A stretch of 30,368 nucleotides of DNA from a virus (lineage: Duplodnaviria > Caudoviricetes): the IMG/VR virus record IMGVR_UViG_3300010366_000043, positions 1-30,368 of that record. One strand, 5' to 3'. Below are positions 7,227-16,456 of this stretch, piece after piece. Each line of letters opens with the position of its first letter. Positions within the stretch are counted from its first letter, which is position 1. The notes under the pieces are model-generated. The model did not search any database. It saw only the letters and a program-made list of their open reading frames with translations, and was not told the DNA's origin. Both the position numbers and the translations under genes were made by a program.

Positions 7227-9256
7227 CAAGCCACCTCTAGAATCTGCTGAACTGGAGATTCAGCGTACATCTTCCAATCTATAGATGCCACATCAAACTT
7301 ATCTTTGATCTTGACCATTGTGCCGTAGCTGTTTCCAACCTTAGCTTCAGCATTAAATGGTAGACCAAAGATATCCTCTACTTCCATAACTCTAAGTAAT
7401 ACTGGGATGGCTTGCTCTACACATTCTTCCCTGATTTCAAAGATAGCTTCATCGTGTACAATGCTTAGAACTCCGCCCCATCCCTGTGCCGTTACGACTT
7501 TATCGGCACGAACGATGGCTACTGACATGATACCCGCTGCTCCTCCCTGAATTTGTGCATTAGCTCCCTTATACATGCGTAGGGGATCATCTTCTTTCCA
7601 GACGCGGCCATCCCAATATCTTATGTATCCCTGCCTGGTTCCTTTCTTGATTACTTCGTTCAGCCAGGGTTGAATACGAGGAAATGTGTGCCAATACTGC
7701 TGCGCGATGCGCTGTGCTTCTTCAGGGGTTTTGTTGAGCTTATATTGCAGAGAGCCTGTGGTCATGCCATAGATAAGACCGAAGCCAATAGCTTTGCTCC
7801 ATTCACGATGTAGGTCATTTTCCTCTGGCCCACAATCCCCCCATACACTAAGAGCTACACGCATGTGGATATCTTCGCGGTTTTTAAGAGCTTCCATCAT
7901 AACTGGCTCTTGAGCTAAGATACCGAACATTCTCATTTCTTGTTGCCTGTGATCAATACTAACAAGGGAGTATCCAGGCTTTGCGATAATAGCTTGGCGT
8001 AGATTGTACTCACCTTGTCGTACTCCTCCCCCGCTAAAAACGCCAGTATCCTCTCTAGCTCTATGCGAGCTGGGGATGTTTTGAAGATTAGGTCTACTTG
8101 AACTGAGTCGTCCGGTTCTAGTCCCAGTAATGTTAAAAGTTCCGTGGATGATATGGTCGTCATCTTCTAACTCCTTGTACTCATCTAAAAAGCCGATGAG
8201 CTTGGCACACTCACGCATCTCAAGGATAAGACCACCTAGAGGGTGGGAACCTTTTTCCATGAGAATAAAACTACTGGTTCTGTACTTGTTATACTTATTA
8301 ACATGAGCCATTCTGGAGCGATCAACGCCATCAGCATCTGCGAAGGGGTTTTCGGGTTTTGATATACCCAAATCGTCATAAATTGCTTTGCTGAGTTGTG
8401 GGCCGGACTTCCAATTGAAAACCTTGCCACATGCTTCATATAGGCTTTGCTCCAAGATTGCAAGGTTGTTGCCGAGGGTTTCTTTGGCATTACGCATGAA
8501 GCTATGGTCAAGCATAAGCCCACGACGTTCCATCTTTTGCAATACCCGCATATACTTCATTTGTAAAGTAAGGAGCTTGGTGAGCTTCCACTTTTCCATT
8601 TGCGGCAATAGCACTTGGGATAGCTGCTCTGTAACGATGCAGTCATTTATACAGTAAGCGGCAAGGTTGTCTAGTGTCCAATTCCAGGGTTTTAGCTTGG
8701 CTTCACCCTTGTTAAGTTCTACATGCCCACGCTTGCTTTCTGTGCCTAGAAAATGCTTTTCAGCATTTTCCATGCCCTTTTTCAAGCGGGAATCAAATAG
8801 ATGTATGAGAACAGTTGTGTCTAGTATTTTGCAGGGAAGTTCCCATAACAGCAAATCTAGAAAGTGGGCGTCGAACTTGAGGTTGTGACCGATGAGAGTA
8901 GTGTTTGGATCATTAGCCATGTAGAGAACAGCGGCTTTAGCTTCGGCAACCAAGTCTTCATCTGGTACTGCTGTAATCCGCCGCTTGTGCTGAACTACCC
9001 ATTCCATAACCTTACGACCCGCGCTGCTCTTACTATAATCTCGCTTACCCAACCACATCTTCCTCTTGACAGGGTTGCCGTATGCGATATTGTGATAGGT
9101 GCAAGTTGGAAAATAACCTGCAATATCAAGATCAGGGCAATAAATTCCTACACCTATGATCATATCCTTCCACCACTCTAATCCTGTGGTTTCCGTGTCG
9201 ATCACTAGTGTATGACCTTTGCATGACCGTATTTCGTCTAGCGTCATGAATTCCAT
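7226..9256 (-). CDS. polA: Family A DNA polymerase with 3'-5' exonuclease (no 5'-3' exonuclease)
   Basis: Exo I DTETTGL, Exo II GHNLKFD, Exo III YCINDC; TRTGRLSSSRPNLQNIP; motif A SIDHRQQEMR, motif B REWSKAIGFGLIYG, motif C IVHDE. Confidence 0.95.
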   Translation of the reverse strand: MEFMTLDEIRSCKGHTLVIDTETTGLEWWKDMIIGVGIYCPDLDIAGYFPTCTYHNIAYGNPVKRKMWLGKRDYSKSSAGRKVMEWVVQHKRRITAVPDEDLVAEAKAAVLYMANDPNTTLIGHNLKFDAHFLDLLLWELPCKILDTTVLIHLFDSRLKKGMENAEKHFLGTESKRGHVELNKGEAKLKPWNWTLDNLAAYCINDCIVTEQLSQVLLPQMEKWKLTKLLTLQMKYMRVLQKMERRGLMLDHSFMRNAKETLGNNLAILEQSLYEACGKVFNWKSGPQLSKAIYDDLGISKPENPFADADGVDRSRMAHVNKYNKYRTSSFILMEKGSHPLGGLILEMRECAKLIGFLDEYKELEDDDHIIHGTFNITGTRTGRLSSSRPNLQNIPSSHRAREDTGVFSGGGVRQGEYNLRQAIIAKPGYSLVSIDHRQQEMRMFGILAQEPVMMEALKNREDIHMRVALSVWGDCGPEENDLHREWSKAIGFGLIYGMTTGSLQYKLNKTPEEAQRIAQQYWHTFPRIQPWLNEVIKKGTRQGYIRYWDGRVWKEDDPLRMYKGANAQIQGGAAGIMSVAIVRADKVVTAQGWGGVLSIVHDEAIFEIREECVEQAIPVLLRVMEVEDIFGLPFNAEAKVGNSYGTMVKIKDKFDVASIDWKMYAESPVQQILEVA

Positions 9257-9258
9257 AG

Positions 9259-9528
9259 TTAGTTCCTTGATGGCCCCATGTGGAGAAGGTCATTCTCCGT
9301 AGATATATAGGTAAGATCTTCAAGTGATATCTCCAATGCTATAGAAGGATCTACGCAAGATAGCCGATGCGCCGCTAGGATGAAGGAATTTCCAACTTCC
9401 ACCTGTTCTAACGGTAAGGTAGCCTTCTTACGATTGTGTCGTAAGATGAACAGGACTTCTTTGGCAATATCTTCTATTTCCCTACTGGACATCACTTGGA
9501 TATCCAGTAGGAACTTCAGGTCTCTCAT
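9259..9528 (-). CDS. Hypothetical protein
   Basis: 89-aa ORF translationally coupled between the ThyX-like gene and polA. Confidence 0.6.
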   Translation of the reverse strand: MRDLKFLLDIQVMSSREIEDIAKEVLFILRHNRKKATLPLEQVEVGNSFILAAHRLSCVDPSIALEISLEDLTYISTENDLLHMGPSRN

Positions 9529-10331
9529 CGATCCACTCTTGTGCTTTTGAATGTGCGGTTCTCTTCCAAAGCCCAGGGGAAGTCACACTGATCTTCCACT
9601 TTTTCCCATCCTTGATAAGTGCATTTGTGACCATGAATAGGATCAAAGGTCTTCTCGCAACTTATCTTAATATGGGGTGAAAGCCAGGGACATTTCTCGA
9701 TGAGTCGTACACCCATAAGTCGGAAGAGAGCTACCGTCTCTGGGTAGAACATGCTGCACGCGCGATAAGCATACGTGTTAAGGAACTCACTTAGGGGATA
9801 TTCGCAAATGATGTAGGTTTCAGTGGCAATAGGACATACGGTGCGAGCATCTTGCATGGGAATACCCATATCGGCAAGATCTTTGTAGGCTTGCCGAGCT
9901 GTCCAAATTGCTACTTCCCAAACAGAACGTGCATCTTCGTTATCAGCAATTTCTTGCGGCATACGCACATTAAAATTTCCCATATCCGCATATCGCATCG
10001 ATTGCTGTGCGAAGCTGGCCTTCCGTGTGCGTACTAATTGATGTGTAACGCCTCTGCTAACGCCACTACATTCAAACGCTACGGTGAACCATTCCAGAGC
10101 TTGATTCAATCCTCCTTTGAACATATCAGCTACCATTGCTTCATCTACTTCATCGTCAGCAATAATACTTCCTCTTACTGCAACGCTGGCTTTGCTCAGA
10201 ACTTTAGCCATTGTTTCTTGTTCAGGCCACAAAATACACTTGACTTCAAGGTTCTCGTAGCCAATGTCCGTTCGTCCCGTTTGACCAGGAGCAACGTTGA
10301 AATCATTGCTCCCCCGACGTGACATGTTCAT
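9525..10331 (-). CDS. thyX: ThyX-like flavin-dependent thymidylate synthase homolog (non-canonical motifs)
   Basis: GVSRGVTHQLVRTRKASFAQQSMRY (ThyX RHRx7SxR motif with H->T) and QDARTVCP. The usual GHxSxxEH reads GLNQALEW. Confidence 0.85.
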   Translation of the reverse strand: MNMSRRGSNDFNVAPGQTGRTDIGYENLEVKCILWPEQETMAKVLSKASVAVRGSIIADDEVDEAMVADMFKGGLNQALEWFTVAFECSGVSRGVTHQLVRTRKASFAQQSMRYADMGNFNVRMPQEIADNEDARSVWEVAIWTARQAYKDLADMGIPMQDARTVCPIATETYIICEYPLSEFLNTYAYRACSMFYPETVALFRLMGVRLIEKCPWLSPHIKISCEKTFDPIHGHKCTYQGWEKVEDQCDFPWALEENRTFKSTRVDR

Positions 10332-10332
10332 G

Positions 10333-10692
10333 TTATTTACCTCGGTAGTTGTTATCGTCTAGCACGAAGATTGATATAACTGCTTGATTGATAATATCTA
10401 GGAGCTTATCCCTGATATTATCTCTATACTGTTGTCCGTAGTCATCACTATCGTAAATCATGAATTTTAGGCGGAACACGTCCCCGATAAGTGTAGATAC
10501 TGTGCCGATAAGCCCTAGAACTACGAACGCATCTTTGTACATCTTGTTGCGTTCTATGAAAGTTTCTTTGGCTTGCTTGATTACTTCGTCGTATTGATGG
10601 CTTCTATCTTTCTTTGGGGAGATAAAGACGATGCCAGAATTACTAGAAGTTTCATTCCACTGTTCCTTGAGCTCTCTGTCTCTGTTTGCCAT
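10333..10692 (-). CDS. Nucleotide modification-associated domain 1 (Nmad1/DUF1599)-like all-alpha protein
   Basis: Pattern FIERNKMYKDAF..LG..G...LIGDVFRL...IRDKLLDIINQAVI resembles DUF1599 (KNxDYG...DKxxRL...DTLxDLxNY). The neighbouring genes fit this call. Confidence 0.6.
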   Translation of the reverse strand: MANRDRELKEQWNETSSNSGIVFISPKKDRSHQYDEVIKQAKETFIERNKMYKDAFVVLGLIGTVSTLIGDVFRLKFMIYDSDDYGQQYRDNIRDKLLDIINQAVISIFVLDDNNYRGK

Positions 10693-11653
10693 AAGTCTTT
10701 TCCGATTGATCGTGGATAGCCCCTGATATATCCCAATGAGTGTAATTGGGATCTAACAGGAAGATATTATTGGCGGTAAAGGATATAGATGTGTTGTAGG
10801 GTTGTGGATATACAAATACAGGAATCCCACAACCCGCATAGCGTTTGATGAGAACAGGGTCATCTTCAATAGCTATGACCATATTGTTCTCTTGGAGCTT
10901 GCTGGCCGCAACGATACGTTCATCGTAACCAAAGTGTAACTCATCTGGAAATATATCGTGGACTTTTAGCCATGTCCACGTATCTCCCCAGATTCGTTTG
11001 TAGGTGGTGTATGGACGTGCGGTATGCACAATGATGTACCAACCTATGCTCTTTAGCGTATTCATCGCCATTTTAACAGCTTTGATGCTGGGAAGAGTCG
11101 TATAGCCCCCATCTCGCTCAAATTCAATTTTGGCTTGATTATACGCCCGATAGTTCCAATTGTGGTTGATGTCCATGTGTAGACCGATCTCTTCCTCTTT
11201 GATATGAAGAGTATCAGCCCATTTGGTCTCGGCAACCCAGGACATGAAGCCTTGTCGGAAGTCAGCCACAACGCCATCTAAGTCTAGCATAACGATACGG
11301 CGGCGTATCACAGGACTTTGGATTTCTTGCCGGAGTAGTTGAGCTAGGATTTCACCTTTTAGCTCCATAGCATCTAGCATATCTTGTTCTGTGAATCCCA
11401 TGATTTGCCACATGCTAAAGATGTATTTGGTAAGATCAGCAAGTTCTTCCTTGATGTTGGGGCCAAAGTCCTCTACCGATTTCACATGATGCTTACGCCA
11501 TCCAGCTTGCTCAATGAGCTGACCTAGTTGTGCGGTCATACCGTGAACGTAGTTTTCCATCCAGTCAGAGCTTGACATGAAACGTTGCTTGAACATTTCA
11601 TCATTGTACTCTTCTTGTTTGTCCCAAACTTCGGATAAGGTTGGTGAACTCAT
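10652..11653 (-). CDS. All-alpha NTP pyrophosphatase (MazG/dimeric dUTPase-like) fused to HAD 5'-nucleotidase-like domain
   Basis: N-terminal GWRKHH...NIKEELADLTKY (EExxD); C-terminal HAD motif I DLDGVVADF, motif II HTAR, motif IV IEDD. Confidence 0.8.
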   Translation of the reverse strand: MSSPTLSEVWDKQEEYNDEMFKQRFMSSSDWMENYVHGMTAQLGQLIEQAGWRKHHVKSVEDFGPNIKEELADLTKYIFSMWQIMGFTEQDMLDAMELKGEILAQLLRQEIQSPVIRRRIVMLDLDGVVADFRQGFMSWVAETKWADTLHIKEEEIGLHMDINHNWNYRAYNQAKIEFERDGGYTTLPSIKAVKMAMNTLKSIGWYIIVHTARPYTTYKRIWGDTWTWLKVHDIFPDELHFGYDERIVAASKLQENNMVIAIEDDPVLIKRYAGCGIPVFVYPQPYNTSISFTANNIFLLDPNYTHWDISGAIHDQSEKTYGKQRQRAQGTVE

Positions 11654-12480
11654 AGATTCTTTAGAAACCTCGTAGTTTCTTGACGTGCCATGTGGCTAAG
11701 ATAGCCAGGGGAGAAAGCGGCGAAACGACCAACACGGAATAGATTACCTTCCACTCGTTCACCCCATTCTAGATCTGGGCAATCTGGGTGTAGATCTGGA
11801 GTTAGTCGTACATTTCCATCTTTACTGTCACGTTGCGCTTCGTAAGACATAATAAAGGTGGGATCTGTAATGCGGGAAGGATATTCCGTGTAAGACATTC
11901 CTTGGCTGATAGTTTGCCGTATCCAGGGAATATGCTCAAAACCGTTGTAGTAGACAACATGCTTATCAGAGTTGATAGTGTTGACATAGATGGGAATCTG
12001 GATAGCCCAGTTCTTTTGCATGTATTCTCTCTTGCGCTCTTGATTTGAGAATGTTGCGATTACAGCAACACGGTTTCTTTTCAAGTCATCTATGTACTCA
12101 TTACTTAACATCTGAGATTCTCTCTTGCGAGGAATCAAGCTCCAGAGGATAGTTTTCATTTCCTCATAGAGATAAAGCTGCTCTGAAACTGCCGGAGCTT
12201 GTTGAAATCTTTTGTGCGCGCTAGTCTTACGCTTTTGCGCCCACTGGTTAATCGCATATTGATCAGGTGTTCCAATTAACACGCTGACGACATGGGTAGG
12301 AGGCCAGGGGATTGGAGTTTCATACATGAACACCGCACCAATAGGATTGGCGCGACTTGTGTAGATAATTTCTATTTCCTCTGGCTGATAGTTGGCGTCT
12401 AGGCAACCCCAGAAAGCAAAGATAGAACTAAGACCGCCACCGATAATACTAATCTTGGGGTTAAGGTCAGTAGGACTCAT
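11650..12480 (-). CDS. FAD/NAD-binding Rossmann oxidoreductase-like protein
   Basis: N-terminal ISIIGGGLSS dinucleotide-binding motif. The C-terminal NLFRVGRFAAF resembles the end motif of UDP-galactopyranose mutase/amine oxidase-type flavoproteins. Confidence 0.7.
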   Translation of the reverse strand: MSPTDLNPKISIIGGGLSSIFAFWGCLDANYQPEEIEIIYTSRANPIGAVFMYETPIPWPPTHVVSVLIGTPDQYAINQWAQKRKTSAHKRFQQAPAVSEQLYLYEEMKTILWSLIPRKRESQMLSNEYIDDLKRNRVAVIATFSNQERKREYMQKNWAIQIPIYVNTINSDKHVVYYNGFEHIPWIRQTISQGMSYTEYPSRITDPTFIMSYEAQRDSKDGNVRLTPDLHPDCPDLEWGERVEGNLFRVGRFAAFSPGYLSHMARQETTRFLKNL

Positions 12481-12869
12481 TTCTTAGATTGCTCCATGTT
12501 GTATCTTACCCTTGCCATATCTGCCGCATCTCGCATGTGCGCTCCATCTATAACGGTGCGTTCTACTAGGTTTTTCCATTGACCAGGGTTAAGATGTTCA
12601 ACGGTTAGTCCCGCAATCCGATACATGCGAGTGAGGAGATCAAAGATGTGGTACTGGTCTTTATTATAGAAATGGGTTTGTGTGGGAGGCTGCTCAATGA
12701 CGATTGTGGTAGGCTTTGTCATCTTCACAATACCCATGATAAAATCTTCATAGTCAAAACATTCAGGACGGCAGGTCATTCCCCATACGAATCTACCATC
12801 TTCTACGTAGCTAATGCCTGTCATTTCGCCAGGATCGATAGCTAAAATTCTAGACCTTTCTTGCGGCAT
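12477..12869 (-). CDS. RuvC-like Holliday junction resolvase
   Basis: ILAIDPG, IVIEQP, PGQWK and HMRDAA match RNase H-fold resolvase motifs. An AGGAGG RBS precedes ATG 12869 (the track starts at 12896). Confidence 0.75.
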   Translation of the reverse strand: MPQERSRILAIDPGEMTGISYVEDGRFVWGMTCRPECFDYEDFIMGIVKMTKPTTIVIEQPPTQTHFYNKDQYHIFDLLTRMYRIAGLTVEHLNPGQWKNLVERTVIDGAHMRDAADMARVRYNMEQSKK

Positions 12870-12885
12870 GGTTCCTCCTGAAAGG

Positions 12886-12909
12886 TGAGGGGGCATTTCT
12901 GCCCCCTCA
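12886..12909 (-). terminator. GC-rich GAAA-tetraloop hairpin downstream of SSB gene
   Basis: - strand TGAGGGGGCA-GAAA-TGCCCCCTCA then CCTTT. The 10-bp stem is perfect and the U-tract short, so it may be a leaky terminator or a stability hairpin. Confidence 0.6.
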
Positions 12910-12927
12910 TGGCTTGGACGGCCCTAG

Positions 12928-13440
12928 TTAGAACTTAGTATCTTCCATTTCCTCAGGAAGGGTTGCCGTGGAATCTTCATCATCGTTGTCCCACGATTCT
13001 ACGTCATCGTCGTGAAACCCGTTGCTTGGGGTTTCCTCGTCGGCGGACATGTTGAAAACATTGTGGATGCTATCGGCATCTTTCTTAGCCTGCTCAGGTG
13101 TAAGAGGAGATTTGATAACATTCTTCGTGCGCCCTTGATAGGTGTCTTTGCCAACTTGCGCCCAGAAGGTTTTACCCTTGAGTGCGCGTGAGCTAATACT
13201 TCCCGTAGTGGGTGCGCCTACTGCATCCAAGAATTGTCCAACCATCGGCATGGACTTCTTGGTCATGGTGAGGGTGTGCCAAATCTGTACGCCAGTCTCC
13301 TGACCGCGCTCGTCCAGTACGGAGCAGGTAAGATTGACATACGGATTGCCGTTGGTGCTAGTTCGGTCTTCGGTTTCTGTAACGCGGATCTTGTAAATAC
13401 CGTCATCCAAAAGTCCAACACGTTCTAATGGGATGTTCAT
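12928..13440 (-). CDS. Single-stranded DNA-binding protein (DUF669-like OB fold)
   Basis: LLDDGIYKIRVTETEDRTSTNGNPYVNLTCSV is typical of DUF669; acidic tail ending in F; directly downstream of a Sak4-like ATPase. Confidence 0.75.
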   Translation of the reverse strand: MNIPLERVGLLDDGIYKIRVTETEDRTSTNGNPYVNLTCSVLDERGQETGVQIWHTLTMTKKSMPMVGQFLDAVGAPTTGSISSRALKGKTFWAQVGKDTYQGRTKNVIKSPLTPEQAKKDADSIHNVFNMSADEETPSNGFHDDDVESWDNDDEDSTATLPEEMEDTKF

Positions 13441-14240
13441 GGTGTAACTTCCTTTCCTCTGTTGACGACTGCCATCATTGCTTCGTAGGTATTGGGAATT
13501 GGTCTTCCCAGCTTGCCCGTCCGGTCTTTGGCTATAAAAGACGGATTATCCGCAAAAGATATTACATGATCAGCCGTCTCTTTACCGTCATCTTTTGACG
13601 ACTTCTTCGTGTAACAATAGCCAACTTGCTCTATGATACGCCGCACATCGGGGCCAGTCTTCTTGCCCAAGAACAGCGGCAAGATCTTGTCTTCAGCGTA
13701 TTCACGTTCCTTAGCACCTGCGAGGAATACAATGTTGAAGGGGAGCTTGATAAACAAGCGCACCATCGTTTGCATGTCTCTGGCGAGCTTGCCATAATCC
13801 CCTTGCGTTGGTTGATCATCGTAGATGCGTTGGGCTGACGTGGTTTTGATAGAGTTTTCAAGCACCAGAATTTGCAGCTCGTTAAGACTGTCTATTACTA
13901 CAGTCTTGAATGGTGCTGTTTCTGGCTTGTACCGCTTCAACAATTGGTAGAATTCCTTCACCTCACTAAGCTCAGTTATCTGCTTATTGGGGTTTGCCGG
14001 ATACCGTTTGATGTTGCGTTTTAATGGAAGCAAAGAACGCATACCATCTTCAAGATCAAGGAAGAGTGGATCTGGGAAAGTTCCGGCAAAGTAGGTCTTG
14101 CCGCTTCCGCTGTCCCCATAAACTAGGATCTTCCAACCTTTATCTTGGACTGTATTTTCTGACCAGTCCCCGAAGTTTACGTCTTTTGATAGTGAAGTGT
14201 TTGGCGTTGCGATCCGCTCTTTGGAATCTGCATTTGCCAT
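13437..14240 (-). CDS. Sak4-like/AAA_24 phage recombination ATPase
   Basis: ILVYGDSGSGKT (Walker A), FLDLEDG, VVIDSL (Walker B), AKDR. An AAGGAG RBS precedes ATG 14240 (the track starts at 14264). Confidence 0.85.
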   Translation of the reverse strand: MANADSKERIATPNTSLSKDVNFGDWSENTVQDKGWKILVYGDSGSGKTYFAGTFPDPLFLDLEDGMRSLLPLKRNIKRYPANPNKQITELSEVKEFYQLLKRYKPETAPFKTVVIDSLNELQILVLENSIKTTSAQRIYDDQPTQGDYGKLARDMQTMVRLFIKLPFNIVFLAGAKEREYAEDKILPLFLGKKTGPDVRRIIEQVGYCYTKKSSKDDGKETADHVISFADNPSFIAKDRTGKLGRPIPNTYEAMMAVVNRGKEVTP

Positions 14241-14322
14241 AGTTTGTCTCCTTAGATGCTGCACGAAAGCGGGACTTCCCAGGACTGTTGGCCGGAGGTG
14301 CTCGAATCCTTCTCATAGCGCA

Positions 14323-14721
14323 TTAACTCCATAAGCTAAGAACCTGACTTGGGTAGAAACGGTAGAAATCATAATCTTCAGGGATTACCGTTCTGTTGAA
14401 CTTAGTAAGTTCTTTCCTGAAGAATGCAACGGCAATGGAACTACCAGGATGCTTGTTGGCGATGTAATATCCAATGAGTATGTTTACGATGCCCGTACCC
14501 GTAGGAACAAGAACATCGGCATCAGGATCATAATCATTGAAGGCTTCGCTAATTTGTGCAGCAAGATCAGCTACATCTGTAACAAAGCCATCTGTAGCAA
14601 ATTCAATCTTGTTGCAATAAGGTTTTAGAGCTGAATATCTAAATCCTGGCTTCGCGCAAATAGCTTTGCGGAAGATGGGGTTTTCTAGTCTTTTTACTTC
14701 TGCTGCTTGGGTCTGGTTCAC
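14323..14721 (-). CDS. Hypothetical alpha/beta protein
   Basis: 132-aa ORF; the GTG start overlaps the helicase stop; contains YDPDADVLVPTG. Confidence 0.65.
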   Translation of the reverse strand: MNQTQAAEVKRLENPIFRKAICAKPGFRYSALKPYCNKIEFATDGFVTDVADLAAQISEAFNDYDPDADVLVPTGTGIVNILIGYYIANKHPGSSIAVAFFRKELTKFNRTVIPEDYDFYRFYPSQVLSLWS

Positions 14722-16409
14722 TGTAGTATTTCCTTTAACATTCCAGTTGTCAGCTCTTTAACCATGCCAACACGATAATCCAGTAGGCTATGGACGAGAT
14801 GATCAATCGTAGGGCGACCATCTTGATACACGGATCTAAAATGTACGACATTAGGAGATTCCACAGTACCAATCCTACGTATACGGTAAAGGCTTTGGAA
14901 ATAATTACTATCATAGTTTCTTTCCGGATAGAAGGCTGTTCTGGCCGCTGTGAGGGTATGACCAAAGCTACCAGTCTGCATATTTAAGATAAGGATCTTA
15001 TTGTAGCCTTCCTGGAAATCTTTGATCATCTTGTTGCGTAGTTCAATGGGCGTATCTCCAATAATTTTACCGATGCGTTGGTCTACCATTCTACCTAGAA
15101 ATTCTTCTAAGAAATATGCTGTGCGAGTGAAGCTAGTCCATACGAGCCAGGGGCCAGGATAGATCTCCATAAGTTCTGGTAAGGATGTCCATTTGTTGCT
15201 TTCGTTTTCCCCGCCAAGTAACATGGGATTGCTACTTACTTGAATAAGACGTACAACCTTTGCTAGATGGTTGGTAACTGTGATGACGGTGCGATCTCCT
15301 GTTTTTCCATCTAGAAGAACGGTTCGTAGCTGGTCGCTGAGTTCTTTGTACGCCTTTTCTTGCTTGGGCGTCATGGGTACATCTATTTCCTCAAACAGCC
15401 ATTCTGGTATGTCTAACACCTCGCTTTGACTACGAGCAAAGTAAACATCCCTGAAGCGTTCCTTGATTTTTTGCTCTGCATCTTTCTTATTGGCTATGAC
15501 CTGATTGCCCCAGGTTGTAGGATTCACCATACAATACTCTTGAGCAAAACGCCAATAGGAAGAATAGGCTTTGGGTTTAAGGATATTAAACTGGCTCCAC
15601 ATATCGTCTAGCATACGATTGGCCGGAGTTCCAGTTAATTCCCAAACTCTGGATATTCCCTTAGCTAGATTTCCAATTGCTCTTGTGCGTTTGGAATCTC
15701 TAGTTTTATAGAGGATACTTTCATCCAGTATAAGTAAGTCAAATTTCTTACTTACTAAGGTAGGAACACTACGGGTTGCAACTTCTGGATTAGTAATCAC
15801 CCACAATATCTGGTCTTTGCGTTGTGGGGTCATTTCATCTATTGTAGCTTTCTTGCCGCGATGTATAATAATGTGATGATCGTGAAGGGAACCTGTCCAC
15901 TTCTCGATTTCACCTTTCCACATATACAGTAAGGATAACGGAGCTACAACTAAGATGCGCTGAACTTGCGGCCACAACTGTTCTGCTGCTGTGATGCTCG
16001 TTAAGGTCTTGCCGAGACCTGGGCTAAGAGATAGCATACTGCGAGGACGTTGCATGAGGAATCCAGCACCTTCGCGCTGAAATTCAAAGAGGGGTAGGTT
16101 GGGGATTACTGGGAGCGGGATTACTGTACTTATTTCCTTGCGCCATTTATTAACTTCTGGCGCAAGCATCAATTGACCTAGATTATCGCGAAGCCAGTGA
16201 ATTGCTTCAAGGCTGGCTGATGCACGATAAATGGTTCCTAATTTTTCATTGAAGATCTTAAACCACATGCTACTTTCTAGTAGCTTGAGATTTGGGGAAG
16301 TTTTCTTCGGTATAAAAAATAGGAAATCCTGCTTTGTTTCAGGCAGGAAGACGATGCGTCCAACATCTTGAGGAGCTGTTGGGATTACTGCGGCACGCTT
16401 TTCTAGCAT
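14718..16409 (-). CDS. SNF2-family (SF2) helicase/translocase
   Basis: PGLGKT (I), VVAPLS (Ia), LILDES (II), LTGTP (III), GHTLTAA (V), QSLYRIRRIG (VI). Confidence 0.9.
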   Translation of the reverse strand: MLEKRAAVIPTAPQDVGRIVFLPETKQDFLFFIPKKTSPNLKLLESSMWFKIFNEKLGTIYRASASLEAIHWLRDNLGQLMLAPEVNKWRKEISTVIPLPVIPNLPLFEFQREGAGFLMQRPRSMLSLSPGLGKTLTSITAAEQLWPQVQRILVVAPLSLLYMWKGEIEKWTGSLHDHHIIIHRGKKATIDEMTPQRKDQILWVITNPEVATRSVPTLVSKKFDLLILDESILYKTRDSKRTRAIGNLAKGISRVWELTGTPANRMLDDMWSQFNILKPKAYSSYWRFAQEYCMVNPTTWGNQVIANKKDAEQKIKERFRDVYFARSQSEVLDIPEWLFEEIDVPMTPKQEKAYKELSDQLRTVLLDGKTGDRTVITVTNHLAKVVRLIQVSSNPMLLGGENESNKWTSLPELMEIYPGPWLVWTSFTRTAYFLEEFLGRMVDQRIGKIIGDTPIELRNKMIKDFQEGYNKILILNMQTGSFGHTLTAARTAFYPERNYDSNYFQSLYRIRRIGTVESPNVVHFRSVYQDGRPTIDHLVHSLLDYRVGMVKELTTGMLKEILQ

Positions 16410-16456
16410 TGTCTAGCCTTTCATGGCGTTATAGTTTTTGTGTAGGGGTAAAGTTA

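Noticed and set aside
14241-14322. Possible HDV-like ribozyme or pseudoknot in the intergenic leader before the Sak4-like gene (- strand AGGAU/GUCCU and GCAC/GUGC pairings)
   Set aside because: No P3 stem or J4/2 catalytic C segment could be placed and the pairings are short; a covariance search would be needed.
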